From Planctomycetota bacterium (GTDB lineage Bacteria; Planctomycetota; UBA8108; SXIK01): a stretch of DNA of 64,000 bases. Numbering within the stretch: the first letter of the stretch is position 1; every line of letters starts with the position of its first letter. A model generated the notes under the pieces. It made no database searches, had not been told where the DNA came from, and saw only the letters and a program-made list of their open reading frames with translations. The stretch spans positions 960,001-1,024,000 of the forward strand of contig CBDCXR010000004.1 of assembly GCA_965223845.1 (NCBI GenBank), given 5' to 3'. A program made the position numbers and the translations under genes. This document shows positions 61,803-64,000 of the stretch, piece by piece.

Positions 61803-64000
61803 ATGGTCGATACGGCCTACGAACGCGTAAACGACTACAGCGGCGTTCACATCCGACTGGCTTCTCCGAACGACATCCTCTCTTGGTCCTACGGCGAAGT
61901 GAAAAAGCCGGAGACCATCAACTACCGCACCTACCGACCGGAGAAGGACGGGCTCTTCTGCGAGCGCATCTTCGGGCCGGAGCGCGACTGGGAGTGCTTC
62001 TGTGGGAAGTACAAGGGGATCAAGCACCGCGGAATCATCTGTGACCGCTGCGGTATCAAGATCACGCATTCCCGCGTGCGGCGCGAGCGAATGGGGCACA
62101 TCAACCTCGCGGCGCCCGTCGTTCACATCTGGTTCTTCAAGGCGATGCCGTCGCGGCTCGGCAATCTCCTCGCGATGAAGACGTCGAACCTCGAGCGAGT
62201 GATCTACTACCAGGACTATGTCGTCATCGATCCGGGCGACACTCAGCTCAAGGAGAAGCAGCTCCTCACGGAAGAGGAGTTCCGGATGTGCCGAGAGAAG
62301 TACGGCGACTCGTTCGAGGCGGACACGGGCGCCGAGGCGGTGCGGAAGCTGATCCAGCACATCGATCTCGAGAGCCTCGTCGAAGAGCTGAAAGCCGAGC
62401 TCAAGACGACGAAGAGCAAGCAGAAGACGAAGGAGCTGATCAGTCGGCTCAAGATCGTGAAGGCGATCCTCGACTCCGGAAACCGTCCGGACTGGATGAT
62501 CCTCGACGTCGTGCCGGTGATCCCGCCGGATCTCCGTCCGCTCGTTCTCCTCGAGAGCGGAAACTTCGCGACGAGCGATCTCAACGATCTTTACCGGCGT
62601 CTCATCAACCGGAACAACCGGCTGAAGAAGCTGCTCGACCTGAACGCGCCGGAGGTGATCATCCGGAACGAAAAGCGGATGCTCCAGCACTCCGTAGACG
62701 CGCTCATGGACAACAGCCGGTGCCGCCGGCCGGTCCTCGGGTCGAACAATCGACCGCTGAAGTCGCTTACCGACATGATCAAGGGTAAGCAGGGTCGCTT
62801 CCGGGAAAACCTGCTCGGAAAGCGCGTCGACTACAGCGCGCGTTCGGTGATCACCGTCGGTCCGGAGCTCCAGCTTCATCAGTGCGGACTGCCGAAGAAG
62901 ATCGCGCTCGAGCTCTACCAGCCGTTCATTATCCGTCGCCTGAAAGAGCTCGGTCACGCCGACACGATCAAGAGCGCGAAGAAGATGCTCGAGCGGAAGG
63001 ACGAGGAGGTCTGGGACATCCTCGAGGATGTCATCCACGAGCATCCCGTGCTTCTCAATCGCGCGCCGACGCTTCACCGAATGGGGATTCAGGCGTTCGA
63101 GCCGGTCCTCATCGAGGGAAACGCGATCAAGATCCATCCGCTCGTCTGCGAGGGATTCAACGCCGATTTCGACGGCGATCAGATGGCGGTTCACCTCCCG
63201 CTCTCGATCGAGGCTCAGGTGGAAGCCTCGACCTTGATGCTCTCGACGAACAACGTGTTCTCGCCCGCGAGCGGACGTCCCGTCATCGCGCCGTCGCAGG
63301 ACATCGTCCTCGGCTGCTACTACCTGACCGCCGCGCTTCCCTACGACACCGGCGAGGACGTCCGTACGTTCAGCGACCGGATGGAGGTCTTCCGCGCACA
63401 CGGCGCGTCGAAGATCAACTTCCACACGCGCGTCAAAGTCCGGCTCGGCGAAAACGTGAGCATCGTCGACCGCAGCGGCGTGCAAACGAGCGAGAGCGGC
63501 GTTCTCGAGACCACGGCCGGGCGCATCTTTTTCAATGACATCCTCCCGGAGGGGATGAGCTTCTACAACCTCGAGATGACCAAGAGCAATCTGAGCCGGG
63601 TCATCCACGACTGCTACCAGCTCCTCGGCCGGCGCTCAACGCTCAGCCTTCTCGACGACCTCAAGGATCTCGGCTTCAAGATCGCGACGATCGCCGGCCT
63701 CTCGTTCGCGAAGGAGGATCTCCGCGTTCCGGAGTCAAAGGCCAAGGTGATCGCCGAGACGCAGACCGAGGTCGAGCGAGTCGAGAAGCAGTACCAAGCG
63801 GGTGTCATCACCGACATCGAGCGCTACAACATGATCATCGATCACTGGACGAGCGCGACGGAGCGCATCGGTGAAGACATGATCGGCGCGCTCAAGAACG
63901 ACGAGCGCGACGGGACGCCGGTGCTGAATCCCATCTACATGATGGTCGATTCCGGTGCGCGCGGAAGCTCGACACAGATCCGTCAGCTCGCCGGAATGCG
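61803..64000 (+). CDS. rpoC: DNA-directed RNA polymerase subunit beta' (3'-truncated by window)
   Basis: Read directly from ATG 61803: [32 protein letters not shown] and catalytic NADFDGD. No stop before the window end, so it is absent from the ORF track. Confidence 0.98.
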   Translation, partial: MVDTAYERVNDYSGVHIRLASPNDILSWSYGEVKKPETINYRTYRPEKDGLFCERIFGPERDWECFCGKYKGIKHRGIICDRCGIKITHSRVRRERMGHINLAAPVVHIWFFKAMPSRLGNLLAMKTSNLERVIYYQDYVVIDPGDTQLKEKQLLTEEEFRMCREKYGDSFEADTGAEAVRKLIQHIDLESLVEELKAELKTTKSKQKTKELISRLKIVKAILDSGNRPDWMILDVVPVIPPDLRPLVLLESGNFATSDLNDLYRRLINRNNRLKKLLDLNAPEVIIRNEKRMLQHSVDALMDNSRCRRPVLGSNNRPLKSLTDMIKGKQGRFRENLLGKRVDYSARSVITVGPELQLHQCGLPKKIALELYQPFIIRRLKELGHADTIKSAKKMLERKDEEVWDILEDVIHEHPVLLNRAPTLHRMGIQAFEPVLIEGNAIKIHPLVCEGFNADFDGDQMAVHLPLSIEAQVEASTLMLSTNNVFSPASGRPVIAPSQDIVLGCYYLTAALPYDTGEDVRTFSDRMEVFRAHGASKINFHTRVKVRLGENVSIVDRSGVQTSESGVLETTAGRIFFNDILPEGMSFYNLEMTKSNLSRVIHDCYQLLGRRSTLSLLDDLKDLGFKIATIAGLSFAKEDLRVPESKAKVIAETQTEVERVEKQYQAGVITDIERYNMIIDHWTSATERIGEDMIGALKNDERDGTPVLNPIYMMVDSGARGSSTQIRQLAGM

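Overview
High-GC bacterial chromosome segment, almost certainly Planctomycetota. The indicators are a planctomycete cytochrome c/DUF1549/DUF1553 gene paired with DUF1501, an ECF sigma factor with a long extracytoplasmic extension, proteins with a C-terminal dockerin-like tail and a eukaryote-type UDP-GlcNAc pyrophosphorylase. From left to right: (1) two paralogous secreted proteins with an unrecognised Trp-rich repeat module and dockerin-like tails; (2) a translationally coupled HExxH zinc peptidase and Ddl-like ATP-grasp pair, then a DUF434 PIN-like gene; (3) a surface-glycan locus (gmd, methyltransferase, ParB/Srx-methyltransferase fusion, sulfotransferase, Wzy/O-antigen ligase-like, Wzx, Tat-exported beta-helix protein, GT2); (4) a lower-GC islet behind tRNA-Gly(CCC) with a pentapeptide-repeat-TIR gene and a decayed XRE gene; (5) an orphan catabolic operon (MFS, Gfo/Idh/MocA, cyclase, IPMDH-family enzyme); (6) the ECF fusion, the PSD1/DUF1501 pair and miscellaneous genes including a probably dead signal peptidase, an ECF-type Co/Ni transporter and an RlmJ-like gene; (7) housekeeping dgt-ispD-ispF-cysS and the tRNA-tuf-secE-nusG-rplKAJL-rpoB-rpoC cluster, which has long spacers, a boxA-like element and a 15-bp palindromic tandem array. 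I saw no CRISPR array, rRNA, transposase or integrase. All calls come from motif recognition by eye; no searches were run.
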